Below, piece after piece: positions 41,343 to 54,594 of a DNA stretch of 64,000 nt. The DNA is from Paraspadella gotoi (lineage: Eukaryota > Animalia > Chaetognatha), in contig CM119266.1 in NCBI GenBank assembly GCA_051294375.1, positions 20,748,780-20,812,779 on the forward strand, given 5' to 3'. Numbering within the stretch: position 1 is the first letter of the stretch; the number at the start of each line of letters is the position of its first letter. The notes under the pieces were generated by a model. It ran no database searches and had not been told where the DNA came from. It saw nothing but the letters and a program-made list of their open reading frames with translations. The translations under genes were made by a program, and so were the position numbers.

Positions 41343-44300
41343 CTGCGGACCTCGACGCGGCCCCGGGTGAGAGTGAAAGACGATCAATCCGACGCAGTGA
41401 GATTTAAATAAAGAAACGTTTCTCTTTGACTGCTTGGGAGTTGGGATAGAAAAAGAATAGCATAAAAGGTGAGTCGGAAAGATTTGGAAATTTTCCAATT
41501 AGGATATATTTTCATTAATGTCGGTCACGCCCTCTTACTTTTAAAATTTTCTGTCTCCCTTCCTACTCTCGATCGCATTTTCATTCATCTTTTTTTCCTC
41601 CCTCTTTTGCCCTTCTCTTCTACCCCTCTCGGATGACGCGATATCCAATAAGACTCCGTTCCAGCCCGCCTTTTATTCGCTCTTTCAGGGAGAGAGCGAG
41701 CGCTGAGGCAAAAAACGTGGTTCTCGCGATGGCCACGTCGTCCGGCCGGACGGTTTCCTTTGCTCCCTCAAAAGGAAGCACGTCATCGAGCGAGGGCCGG
41801 CCGCGGCGGTGCATCGATCTAGCAGTCGGTTAATAGAATCAGCTCCAATAAGAAAATTTTAGTCTTTTTTTAGGACCCAGGGAACTAGAACTAACCGATT
41901 TTGTAAGTTCGAACTCGGGAAGTTTCTTCGAGAATATTTTCCGATGAGAGGACCTTATAATTCTAGTTTTGTTAGCGTTAGTGCTAGTTTTTCATTCTAT
42001 GAAATAGTTCAGTTAATCTTCTCTTTTTTTTAGTGGCAGGAATTTTTTTTTTCATCTGGGATCGCGGGTAACAAAAAAATAGGGAGGCTGCTGCGCGCCA
42101 ACTGAGGCGGCTCTTTTAGTTGCCTTATACGTTAGAAACGAGGGCTCCCCCGTCCGCGCTCTGAAGCTGCGGCTAAAACCAACAAGTTGGCAAGAGACGA
42201 TGAAGTTGCTGGGGTTCGAGCTACCCCGCGTGCAATCGAGATCGAGCTCGGAGTTTCTACAAGCCCCAGAATATAATTTTATCTTTATTATATCTTCAAA
42301 TAATAGAAATTAGCACATTACCTAAGCAAAATGTTTAACAGAATATTTTTTTTTTAATAACAGAGAGAAGTATCAAGGAAATACTTATATATTTTCAAGG
42401 CGAATACCGACTCAATTTTTTATTTATTAATAAAAAAATACTAATATTTTCACTTCTAATTTAGATTAGTAATTACACAATTTGATCATGCAAAAACTTA
42501 CCAAATATTTTGTTATGTAGAGGATTTTGTTGTTTTCTCCGCGACATGATTAAAACAAAAAATGTTTTTACATCCCAAGTGAAATATTAAATGGTTTTGT
42601 AGCGTTTTAAAATAAAATTCATCCGTTGAGAGACGAATTGCGAAAGTCCGATTATGAGCGTTTCCGTCTAGCTCGGTTTGGGGAAGGGAAGAGGAAAGCG
42701 AATGAGCGAAGAAGCCAGAGATCGAAGGCTGTTGTGACCGTGCAGTCGATCGCGCCGCCGCGCAACGCTCCTCCGATCCCGAATAAGGGATGTGAGCCCG
42801 AAATTCTAAATCCCTAGTTAGTCAAACTCCGAAAGGCGGTTCTCACCCTCGAGTAGTTCTTCAATGTTGGCCGTTAAGCTTTGAATGGTTTTCAAGAAGA
42901 AAAAAAATTGACTGTGGGGCGAGGTACAGATAAACTCACACTGTGGCTTTGATAAATAAATACGTTCTGTCATATGTACCATTATTAAGATACACATTTA
43001 AGAACGTTTTCTATAATAAACGCCATGAAATGTTTTTAAAACTGCTCATCGCTACGAAAATTAGCATTATATTATTCTTGTTAATAATTACGTTTAAATA
43101 AGAAGGTCAAATGAATATGAATTTCAAATGTTGATAAAAAAATTGAACCAAGATTCAACATGTTAATTCTTCCCAGGTTATCCTCTCATGGTTGATAGAT
43201 TTGAATCAGGACAAATAACTTGATATTTAGGAGCAGACGCGACACTAACTCGTTGGTCTTTTTTTAAGAAAACATTTACAAAAATTTTAATAACAGTAGT
43301 AATATAATGTTAATTAATCTAAAACATTTATTTTTGCGAAAAAGCAAAAAAGAACATCGAAATATTTTCCATTTCTGTAATTATAAATTTTTTAAATTTT
43401 ATTAAACCTCAAATAGTTTTAATCAATTATATACAAATAATACTGATTATTTACTTATGTAATTTTGTATTTAGACTTTCTTTTTAAAGATAATTTTAAA
43501 GACTAATTCTGCTGTATCGCATTATATTTTTTCCCTCGTAACTTTTCGATTCGCTTCACCGTTCACTTTTGTTGGAAATCGACGTGAGAAGCGGCTCTGA
43601 TCTCAGCGTCCTCTGTGGAGTCTTACTTCCAGCTGTTTTAATTTTTTGTCAGTTGGTGTAAATGTAGGAAACAAGAAAAAGTAGGAAATTTAAGCCTCAC
43701 TAGAATATAAAGCAAAAATAACTAGTTAAAACTTTCAACTAGATTTTATATTTTAAAAATTAAAGCCTGATTAAGATTGAATTGAGCCGAAGTCAATAAA
43801 TAAATCAGAACAGAAGGGAAAATTGTTTAATTCAGGACAAAATCACAAATACAGTAAAATTCAGTTCAATCATGATTGTGGCAATCAGTCAGTTGAGCTT
43901 CCCTTTTGAACTTGGTTAAACTTTAGGTATTCTTCATTTAGACTTTTGATTCAAAGTAATTCAACAATAGTTTTCGATATTTAATTTAATTTCGAAATAT
44001 TTAAGTTGTTATTTAACAAAGAACGCCAAAAAAATGATTACAAAATCTGTCTGTCACTGTGAAACAGCTATTTTGCCTCTTGGGCTTCAATGTAGTACAA
44101 AAACAAAAGTCACTCCTACCCAAGAAACCAACTCCAACTATTAGAAAAAGTATCAGTTATAGAAAAGAAAATTAACAAAACATATAAACACATCAACACA
44201 ACTTTAGATCATTGTTTTCATTTAAAAAAGCATCAATAATATAATGTAACGTTTTTCTGTCGTGACTAAAGATATCCAACTGAAATTAGTTGTAATCGAA

Positions 44301-44453
44301 CAAATAATTTCGTCATCTTAGCAAAAATTGTTGAGCTGTAGTGAAGAAAGCATAAGCTGGTACATGGCGTTTAAAATTTCTTTCCATATTAGTACCTACT
44401 TATCATAAGGCACTTAAAATTATATCAGCTCTTGGGTCTCAACCGCTAAATGA

Positions 44454-44998
44454 CTAACAATCAAAGATTTCCTCCGGACGGAACCATATCCCGATTTCGT
44501 ATTCTGCTGCCTCGATCGAGTCAGAGCCATGAACGACGGTTCGCCCGATGTCCAAACAAAACGTCCCTCGTATGGACGACGACGGAGAATCCTGCGGGTC
44601 TGTGACTCCGATTTCCGCTCGACCGACTCGCACGGCATCGGATCCAGCGAAAACCTGGATTCGTGAAAACTGGTTTCTTTAACGTTTTCAAATCAATTTT
44701 GATTAGAATTAGTTACCATGGGAACAACAGGTCCCGAAGAAACGTATTTCACGACTTTCTCGAAGTAGGGTTTGTCTTTCAAGCACGCATAATGCTGACG
44801 CATCAAAGCGTCACTGGGCTGTGAAATGTGTGAAAATTCAGAACGAGCAATTGGATATAGCAAATGCAAAAAGGTTCTAACCTGGGTGAATTTAATCGCG
44901 ACCAACTTGAGTCCGCGATTTTCGAATCGATGAATTATTTCGCCGATCAGCCCTCGCTGAACACCATCGGGCTTTACCATAATAAACGTTTTTTCCAT
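44454..44998 (-). CDS. Nucleoside diphosphate kinase (group I NME-like); exons about 44883-44998, 44717-44818, 44454-44655
   Basis: [71 protein letters not shown] with the catalytic His. Possible N-terminal exon from 45240. Confidence 0.88.
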
Positions 44999-45663
44999 TG
45001 GGAACTGTCTCTGCATTTTTTAAACAAAAAAAAATTAGATGATTTTTTCTTGGGTTTAGGTAGAATAAATTGCTTATACTTAATTTTACTGTCGAGTAAC
45101 TTAATCTCAGTTTCTAAGAATTGAAGAGAGCAACTCTCACTCTCAGAAATGAACATAATCTAATATGATTCACCTTTTTTTCTAATGAATTCCGAGCGCA
45201 AGAATTTGAAAACAATGCTCCAAAATGAAACATCATACATTTCTGAGAAAACTTTCAATGGACCAAAATTGTCTAAAATGGCTAGAAGCACTAGTAATTA
45301 TTTTTTTAATATTTATTTATAGATAAAAATCTTAAAAGCATAAGGATCGTCGCAATCGCATAAGAAAAATCTGGATTGACGACAAATTTTGATACTAAAA
45401 AAAATAAAATTTGAGAAAAGAAAATCAATTTATAAACAGAAAGAAAAATTATATTTGATAAATTATAAATTAAAGTTACAGTTTCTGAAAAAAAAAGAAG
45501 AAAACAATTTTTTTATTGTCAAAAAATAAACTAATCAGCAAACGCAGCCCCTGAAAAAAAACGAAATAAAAACCTGATGTTATGATAGCAAAATGATAAC
45601 ATGCACAATGCGATGACTAATTTCAATTTTTTTTAAAATAAATACAAAGAGAGAAAAAAAAAA

Positions 45664-45811
45664 TCAAAAGGCAGCAGCAGACGCAGCAGGAGAAAAGAGA
45701 GATAAAGAATAAGCCCCTGCAGAGCCAGCTGCAGACTCAAAAGGCAGCAGCAGAAGCAGCTGGAGAAAAGAAAGAAAAAGAATAAGCCCCTGCAGAGCCA
45801 GCTGCAGACTC
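45664..45811. repeat. Two tandem copies of a 73-bp unit
   Basis: tcaaaaggcagcagcag...gaataagcccctgcagagccagctgcagac occurs twice. Confidence 0.85.
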
Positions 45812-48800
45812 GTTTTTTTTTTATCCTTATGTTATGAATCAGTAACTAGGGAAAAGAGAGAATGAGAGAGAAATGTAATTAAAAGAGAAAAGAGAGAGAG
45901 AAAGAAATATGAAAATAAAAGAGAGAAAATAAAACGTAAACAAAACATATTTAATAACTGTCCAGACTCAATTTTAAGCACATCGATGATGAGAAAATGT
46001 ATATAAATTTTCAGCTTCATACATTCAAATTTAATCATAAAAAAGGCGATCAATAATTTTGAACGCCGACGACAACGACGACGACGACGCCACTTATGGG
46101 CAAAAGCGTTACAATATCGTCGCAAACGCTTAGCTATTGCGACGATAAAAATGTTAAAAAACTTGTTTTGAATTTTATATTTTTAAAAGCAGATTCAGAT
46201 AGCTTATGAAAAGTTGTCTACACAAAATATAATTCTTTTTTCAATATTTTAACGATAGTGAGTTAAAATTGGGAAAAACTTTAAAAAATCATCATCATCA
46301 TCATTTTTACTAATTTTCAGTAATAAAACATCACAATTTTAAAAAGTTGTAATTACATTTTTTGCTTAACTTTTTGAGCTTTATTAGAAGCAATTAAAAA
46401 ACTTTAAATATAAAGTTTTATATAGTAATATAATAATTTTAATTAGCGAATTACTCATGGTCCAGAACATTTTTGCAAAAAATTATTTTAACACAATAAT
46501 TAATACCAATAATGGATTAGTTTAATGCTGTTCCCATTAAAATTTGAATTAGGTCGGCTTCCGCTATCCACGCTTGTCTCCTTAGTTACATTTCCTTTTT
46601 TATCGAGTTGATCATGCTTTTCTTCTTGGTTTTCCTAAATTATTTAGGATTTTCATTTTCGCTTTCTTTTAAATTTCTCTTTATATTTTTTATGATGTAA
46701 TAATGCTCTTTGCTTCTTTCTCTTTTCACTATATATTTCTCCCACTAATTAGAATTTCTGTTTTAATTTTACACCTTTATTCCTCATATAAAAAAGTTTA
46801 TTTTATTGTTTTGTTTTTAATTTTGTCTTCCTTTTAATTTTCTTGACTTTTTTAAATCTTCCCATATCATGATACGGTTCCATTTAAATTTAGTAAACTG
46901 TACAGTAATGCTGAAGCTTAGTTATTTTATCAGAAAATTATATATTGGTTGTGGTTATCTGCATCGGCTGCAAAAGCTTGCCACGTCCGCAGGGCTCTGC
47001 AGCAGGCAGGCAGGGTATTCTGTGGTTGGCGGCTGCAGTAACCACTTGCAGGCCAACACGGGTTTCTCTGCCTACACGCTGCTCGGCTACGTGCACTACT
47101 TCTCTCGCAGCTTGGTGTAGAGAATATTCCCGGGGAAGAATAATAAATGTATAAACATATAAAACTAAAAGAATATTTAATTATTAAATAATATTCAAAA
47201 ATGTTAAATATCAAAATTGCAAAATTACTTGTTTTAAAAACATATCTTAATAATTTTAAATAAATATGTATACAAAGTAAAACATATATTGTAAGCTTCT
47301 AAATCGCTTCAATCGAATGCTTTTGATTCAGAAAATCATTTATTTAATTAGACTTTAAAAATTCTAATATATAAAATAAAAATTTAAATTTAAAATTTTA
47401 TATTTTTAAATTTAAAAATTTAAATTAAAAAACTATAAAAATATTTTATTCCTCTTAAAAACTTAAATTGTTCATAAGTGAATTTGGTACAATCTATATA
47501 AAAATTATCGATTCATTAAATTAAAAATTTTAAGGTTATTTTATAAGATAATATTGCATTTAAGAATTATATTCGGCCCTGATGAAATAATCCCTGGCAG
47601 AGCTCCTCTCTTTTTTGTCAGTGCTGCAACTGGGCTCTAACATTCATCCTCTCTCTTAGTCAGTACTTCCTCGCGTCATTACTCCACTTTCGATATACTC
47701 TGCCTTTTTTTTACGCGTTCCAAATCCTTAATTGTAATAATACTACGAATACTATATAATTGTTTAAAATAGAATAAAAATTCAACTTAATTTGTCTTTA
47801 TTTTTCGAATAAACTCACCGAAATGGAGCTGCGTGCGGATTAGGTATGCGGGCTTTTAACATTTCTAATCTTTCTACGGAATCTCATCTGCAGCATATGC
47901 CGCACGGCGCCGCCGCCACCGCTTCCCTTTCTCGCGCTCTTTTCTCCCGCTTCTTTGTCCGCTCTGTCTCGCGTTCGCTCGGTATAGGACTCGGCATCGC
48001 TCTGTCTCACTTCGTCTCAGCACTTCTCAGTTCTCACTGCTCCGGTCTGTCCTCGCTCACATCTCTTCATGACTGCCACGCCGTCGTCCTTGGTCATCTT
48101 TTTTTTTCAAAAAAGTTTCTTAATTTTTCAAATATTCATCTGTCCGTCTGCCATGTACTAAATTACTTTATTTATTTTATTAATTGCTTATAACTTTATC
48201 GCGCTTGAATTATATAGTTTTAAGATTTTACCATTCAAAAATTCATTTTTCTTCACTTTACCATCTTTCTGTTATGAATGAAAAATTGTAATGTAGTAAT
48301 TGTCAAATAATAGATCCTAATTATTTAAATAGTGACAATGAAATGTTAATAACTTTATATTCTATAACATCCCGTTAACTTTGCTCTCCGATTATTTTTT
48401 ATTTGTTGCAATTTTTGATATTTAAATTTTTTATCAATTCCCGATATAGTTATAATTTTTTATGCGAGTGCTATATTCCAGTGCCTACCTCTTTGCCCTT
48501 CTTCTCTCGCCCCTTGTGCCGTAGATCGCGGTTGCGAGGAGCGAGTGCTGCTTGCTGCTGCTTGCTGCCTCCTCCTGTCATTATTCTCTTCTCTTCTCTT
48601 CCTCCTTCCCTTGGTCGGAGACGTGGACTCCTCAGCCTTGCTAACTGCATCCCTGTCGGCCTGCCTGCCTGCCTGCCTCCTTCCTTCCTCTTGCGACGGA
48701 GGCTCCTGCCTTTCGAACCTCAGCCTTTTCAGCTTTTTCAGCTTGCTCGGGCTTTCTCTCTCTCTTTCTCCCTCGCTCTCTCTCTCACTCGCTCTCTTTC

Positions 48801-49315
48801 TATCTCGACTCCTTTGTCTGCCGCAACGATTATACTTCGCCATCTTGAATGCTTTGGCTTAGTCGTTGAAATTTCAAAGTTAAAATTTCCTTTTTTGAAA
48901 GAAAAATATACAAATTCAAATGAATTTTGATTAATTGTCATGAAAAATTAGTTTTTTACCACAAATGTATAATTTTTCGTAACATAGTACATATTAATAA
49001 TTAACATAGTTTTAACAAATTTCGGTATTTATTATTGTCTACATTTAGAATTGTTTCATTTAATTGAGTTTCGGCACATTACAAAAAAAAAAAATTCTTT
49101 CAAAATGATTACTTTAAACTTTCCTTGATGTCCATTTAAATTATTATAACTTCCTTAACAGTGATGCGACACGTATCCTTCGAAGGATCGACGCTGGAAT
49201 AAATCGCCTCGTTACAAATCAACTACCACTAGATTGTGATATTCGCGGGAAAATTTTCCCAATCAATTGACTTTTTTTGCCTTTGTGATACTCAACAAAC
49301 TCAACCTCACCCAAA

Positions 49316-51405
49316 ATGGCTGCCGCCGCCTCATTGATGGGTCTCGTCAATCAACTCCAGGTATTGTGACTATTCCCGAGAAACCCTAAAACCTTTTGAA
49401 ACCTTTGTGAATAAGTACAAATAACCTATTAAATGAATTGCAGCTCGTTTCTTTCAATGGTGAGTTTTCTATTAAACTTCTTCAGGGTATGGAGTCACAA
49501 TTTTCGATGGTCTTGATGGAAGCCGCGATGAAAATCGCCTCTTTTACTGATGCCAGTATTTTTCTCCTTATCGACACGCCAGAGGGCCGGTCGTGGGTCG
49601 GTCGCAAGAACCTCAAGGTACGTAAATTCGAAAGCTATTTTAGTTTTGTCCTGTATACTTTCTGATCCAATGTTAGCCATAGCCGATGAAATTTAAATGC
49701 ATATGTATACAGCGTTAAAATAATCTATCATGACCATAGATTACGGTATTAAAATATTTTTTGTCAAAAATGCTTTCTTCTGAGGGTACTAGCCTAATTA
49801 AAAATATATTACTATAGAGAGCAAAAAATTTTTTTTGGAAATCTTAAAATTTTTTTATGGATTCTTATAGAGCATAAAAAGTTAAACAAGAAATATAATT
49901 ACAGCTTTTAAAAATCTTTACGTTTTCTAAGTGAAAATATAAAAAAAATAAAAAAATTATCGAAAGAAGATGATGATGATAATTTTTTATCTCATTTTTG
50001 ACACACTTATCATAAAAATATTCAAACAAGAATTATACTTTGTGGAGACAACTTTTTATGAGCTATCTGAATCTGGTCTTAAAATTGAAAAATTCTGAAC
50101 AAAATTTTGGCCTTTCCTTTCCTTTAAATAAATATTAAAAAATTAATTATATAGCCATATTAAAAATTTTTTGTCCATTGAAAGTATTCTTAAAAATGTA
50201 TAAATTTTCGTTTGAGCATGTACTCGTTCTAAACTTTCGACTCACCCCATTGAGTTGGGCTACCCTTACCAATGTCAATTTCCTTTAAATTGTTTTTGTC
50301 ATTATTCAGGAGGAGTTCATCAACGGTCGTATGCAGATTCGTCCTAACGACGTCGAGTATGACGTCAACCCCAAGTAAGTAAGAGGTTTTTTTTAACTGA
50401 CAGTTTGTAAAATTTTGCCATAAAATTCTTATGATATATAGCCGTTTAATATATTAATATTAATATCTATGATATTACTTAAAATATACGCTTTCTGATT
50501 TTGTTATACTAAAACTTTTTTAGACGGGCTTACATTTTATAACGCTTACGCAATCGTAAATCCTATTGAGTTTTCTTTTTGCTTTTACCTCCAGCGTCTC
50601 GGCACTGGTCCGTCAACCAACGATAGCGGAAAAGATGGCGGAACAACAGATGCAGATGCAACAGCAGGTTAGCAAGCAATTTGGTTTGTAATTTTTGAAC
50701 CGTGGTATTTATGTTCATTTTTTCGTCAGATGCAAATGAACCAAATGCGTCAGACGGCGATGCGCGGAGGTGGAGCCGGGCGCGGTCGCGGATTTTCCGG
50801 CGGACGGTCTACCAATTCGCCGTCGGGTATGTCGCCCGGCAACGAATCGCGCAAACGTTCTCTACCCGGCGCCGGTGGCGGAACACCTAACAAGCAAACG
50901 CGTCCAGGTTCGTTGTTTAGTTCTCTTTCTTTAGAAGCCTCGAATTAACTTGCATAAATATTTTCAGATGACTCCGAGGTCGTGGCTGTGAACATAAAGG
51001 AGGAAGACCTCGAAAGTGACCAGGATTTGAAAAATGTGATTGGTCGAGTAGGCGTGGGTGATCCAACCGGAAGCAATGGCGACGGCGGGGAAGATGGAGG
51101 AGAGGCTCAAGACGGTAAGTGAAACGACGAAGAATCTGTCAGATTAAATTTGCCCAATTACGCTTTCGGTGCAATGAGAGATATAATTTAATGATTTTGT
51201 TTATGTTTTATCTGCAGATTCCGACATTGAAGAGATCGTCGAAGAAAAGCCTCCCATGGGTGCCGGCGGTGGCACCGGAGACGACAGCTCATCCTCATTC
51301 CTTGATTTTTCTGGTGGAGGGTTTGACCCGAGCCAACCCGGAAGCTCACGTGACCTCGTCCCAGCACCTCCCTCTACCGTCGCTACGGGCGCAGCCGGCC
51401 AAAAG
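49316..51405 (+). CDS. Constant 5' region (276 codons) of a putative variable-homeodomain gene; exons 49316-49360, 49486-49617, 50310-50374, 50595-50667, 50730-50907, 50968-51114, 51218-51405
   Basis: All GT-AG junctions are phase-consistent (0,0,2,0,1,1). Protein MAAAASLMGLVNQLQGMESQFSMVLMEAAMKIASFTDASIFLLIDTPEGRSWVGRKNLKEEFING..., then a Q/M tract, RGG, RKR, IKEE and an acidic Gly-rich tail ending GAAGQK at donor AAG|GTAGGT (phase 0). Exon 2 could alternatively start in frame at 49444. Confidence 0.8.
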
Positions 51406-53915
51406 GTAGGTCTGTTTACTTTTTTAGAGCTCAATAAAGTCAGTGCCTGGGCCAAACGGAACGTTTTTTATACCGAGGGAGAATAAAGGGTTCATTTTTA
51501 CATTATTTTAAAACTTATTGATTTTTTTTAAAAAATATTTTCGTTTACTGAAGTTTAATCGCTAAAAAATATTTGAAATCATGTCCCTTGTTTTCCCCTC
51601 AATGCCTCTTTTTTTAAAATTCGCTGTAAAAATTATTGACTAACCATTATATACTGCCGATAGAAATGCTTAAAAAACATTTTAAAATATTTAAAAAAAA
51701 TACAAAGTATAAAACTAAAGTTATTTAAGTAATTTCGGCTTTTTTTTCTGTTCCTGACCTTCGTGCTGTCTTTTGAGCTCTTTTGCACCACATACGCCGC
51801 ATAGCAACACAGTCTTATCAACGGAGATCATTTTAAGTATTTTTTAATCTTATTTCAGTGTCAGTTCAATAATCGGCTTGTTTGCATTAGGATTATATAA
51901 TCTGTCAAGTTTTCGTCATTAATTTAATCTTGTATATTGATCTCTGTTGTTAAGTTATCCATATCCCATTAGGGCCTTTACTGATGTGGCGTGGATTGTT
52001 TGCCTGCATTGCATACATACGCAAAGCATCAGAATGTAGTAGTATCTTTGAAAATTTTAAATACAAATATTTTATGGCACTACTACATGACTAGCTGAAG
52101 TGTTGTGTTTCAAAGTACAATCTTGTATCTTGAAACTCAAGCTTACAAGAGCTTTTGGCTTCATAATATCTTCATCCGCTAACTTTGTATGTGGTTCTAC
52201 CATCGCACATCTAGTTTATCAGTTTGAATGTCGGTAGACTTGCGCCAAAAATGAAACTCAGGCGTATGCTAACATTATACCAAGACCCCCAAGTAAGAAG
52301 TTTCATAACTTCCTATAGGACTACCCTTAGGCTTGATTGAAGTCCTTCGTTTCTTTGATCGGGAATATGCTAAGGAAGGATCTAAGTTGAATGGTGCCGT
52401 TCATTAGACGTGAGGTACAACAGTTTTTAGTCATAATAAAGTATGTTTAAACCATATTTTGTGTCCGTTTTCTTTAGAAACTGGTTGTGCCTGACATTAT
52501 ATGTACGTTTGAAAGGACTAATTGTGCTATTTTGTATGAATTTTTTATTAGGCTGTTAAGGGACTTCAGTGAGACATTGTACGGGCGTTGCCACAATCTG
52601 CGATCTTGACCAAGCATTTCCCCTGGTTGAATTAATGAGAGCTTCTATCCTCTCCTTTGTATCAGCCTCAATGAATCTTTAACAATGAAACAAAGCGAAT
52701 AAACTTTAATTCTTATAATTTTTTACTTTCATTGTGGCTTTGGTTCATTAGATTTTCAGAGGCTGATTCCGAGGACCATAAATTCTCCCACCCTCCTCCC
52801 TAAGTTCTAGTCATCCCCTACTCCCTGATTTTCTTTTGGGCATGGTTGGTTCTACCCATTCTTTTGATTTCCTAGTACCGCAGATTGGTGGGTGCAAAGT
52901 TGCGGATGTTGGCAAATTGGGAATATGAGTATAATTATCATATTTCCAATCTAGGTCTTTAGATATTTTGATAGCTGAAATGCTCTTTGGATTAGGAGTT
53001 ACTTTGTCATTCATGGGCAATGAAAATTCATATCATCATTTGCATGAAAGTTTCATTATGACATTCTTGACTCAACTCACTCTCAATCGTCGAGTAGGAT
53101 AGGGAAAAAAGAGGTCTGTTTTTATTTTAAACGCACCTTTTTTTTCATTAGGGAAAATTGAGGGATGATGATACAAAACCACTGAGTAATGTCAATTATA
53201 AACAAATTGAAGTTGCTTTGTATCAAAATCGTCATTGGGAGTGTTTTGTGGCTATTATTAAGTGAAAGTCATTTTGAAACATTTCAGAACTACGCACGGT
53301 TAGTCAGGCTAGGTTAAGGAGTAGGGACTAGGAAGAATGCTGTGCTAATTCCCACACTAAGTTCTTTACTCATTAAAGTGATTTTTTTTTGAGGGAGCAC
53401 AGTATTCTAAACTTCCATACTAAAATACTTCTTTTCCCAAGTGGCAGATTTTTTCAGTCATGCTTCTTCTTTTGGACTTGACCTCCAAATCCAAAGGTGG
53501 TTGTATGTTTTATTTGAAGTTTTCTGCTCTTGATGATTTTTTTTAATGGCTCGTGATATATAAATATTAAATTATATAAAGAAATTAGGGCAGGCCGCAT
53601 TTTTTTTTTTTTGGACTTTGCGTTTGGAGTTTGAGGATTGCGCCGGTTGTTCTGTTGTTCCCTTTTTTTTTCTGGATGGTTATTAAGGTTTGCATGTTTT
53701 GTCAATCAGTGAGTCGTAAAGTTTATTCTGAGGTTTTTCTCCTTTTCCTGGTTGTTGGTTTTTTCTTTTTCAGTAGAATCGGTCAAAATAGTTTAGGAAT
53801 ATATTAACATGACAGTCAGTCGTAATTAATGCAGCCTAAGTTAAAATTAAATGGTGATAAATTATGTTGAAATAGTTTAAAAGGATCTTCTTAAAAGTTA
53901 ACTTCTTTCTGGCAG

Positions 53916-54119
53916 AATCATGATATCTTAGCTCAGTTTGGGATACGGAACACTACAAAATTTTCTAATACTCAACGAAATGCCCTCTTAAAATTTTATA
54001 CAAGCAACAAATATCCATCAGCGCCTGAAAAACAAAAGCTTGCGGAGTCACTTGGTTTAACGGAATATCAGTGCTCTATATGGTTTAAAAATAAGCGGGC
54101 CCAAGATAATAGAAAGTAG
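53916..54119 (+). CDS. Homeodomain cassette 1
   Basis: ggcag|NHDILAQFGIR...KYP...WFKNKRAQDNRK*. Confidence 0.85.
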   Translation, partial: NHDILAQFGIRNTTKFSNTQRNALLKFYTSNKYPSAPEKQKLAESLGLTEYQCSIWFKNKRAQDNRK

Positions 54120-54139
54120 TAAAATTTAAATTATTGTAG

Positions 54140-54337
54140 GATTATCAGTCAAATATACTCGCTGCTTTTGGAATTAAGACTCGGTTTACTGAAGTTCAAA
54201 TGAGACATCTTCTGGATCTTTTTCACATCACAAGATACCCAACTGCAGAGCAGAAAAGTAAACTTGCAAAGTTAATAGGATTGTCAGAACATCAAGTTAA
54301 AATTTGGTTTAAAAATCGTCGTAAACAGACTCATTAA
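54140..54337 (+). CDS. Homeodomain cassette 2
   Basis: tgtag|DYQSNILAAFGIK...RYP...QVKIWFKNRRKQTH*. Confidence 0.85.
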   Translation, partial: DYQSNILAAFGIKTRFTEVQMRHLLDLFHITRYPTAEQKSKLAKLIGLSEHQVKIWFKNRRKQTH

Positions 54338-54370
54338 TTTAGTATACTTATTTTAACTGTAACTGTAAAG

Positions 54371-54574
54371 GACGATGCTATGCTACTTGCGGCATTTGGA
54401 ATTCGAAGAACGACAAAATTTTCAACAACCCAAATAAGTTCATTTGAAAATTCGTATTCTAAGAATCAGTACCTTTCAAATCAGGAGCGGCGTCGCTTAG
54501 CACTCGAGAATGGTGTTTCTGAAAACCAGGTTTCTGTTTGGTTTGCTCACAGAAGACAGAAAGATAAAAGATAA
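54371..54574 (+). CDS. Homeodomain cassette 3
   Basis: taaag|DDAMLLAAFGIR...QVSVWFAHRRQKDKR*. Confidence 0.85.
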   Translation, partial: DDAMLLAAFGIRRTTKFSTTQISSFENSYSKNQYLSNQERRRLALENGVSENQVSVWFAHRRQKDKR

Positions 54575-54594
54575 ATTTTAATACTAATTTTTAG

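Noticed and set aside
33600-48950. Many 60-175 aa ORFs rich in R/E/K or S/L/F (e.g. 36236-36715, 41037-41498, 48403-48930)
   Set aside because: These are translations of GA/CT microsatellites and homopolymer runs, with no domain or consistent splice structure.
49444-49485. 16-nt microexon plus 26-nt intron in the constant gene
   Set aside because: Removing 49460-49485 shifts the frame to an early stop; acceptors at 49443 or 49485 alone keep the frame.
51850-52800. Additional non-homeodomain variable exons or a nested gene in the long intron
   Set aside because: Several AG/GT-bounded segments exist, but they contain early stops and no recognisable domain; at most a decayed fragment.
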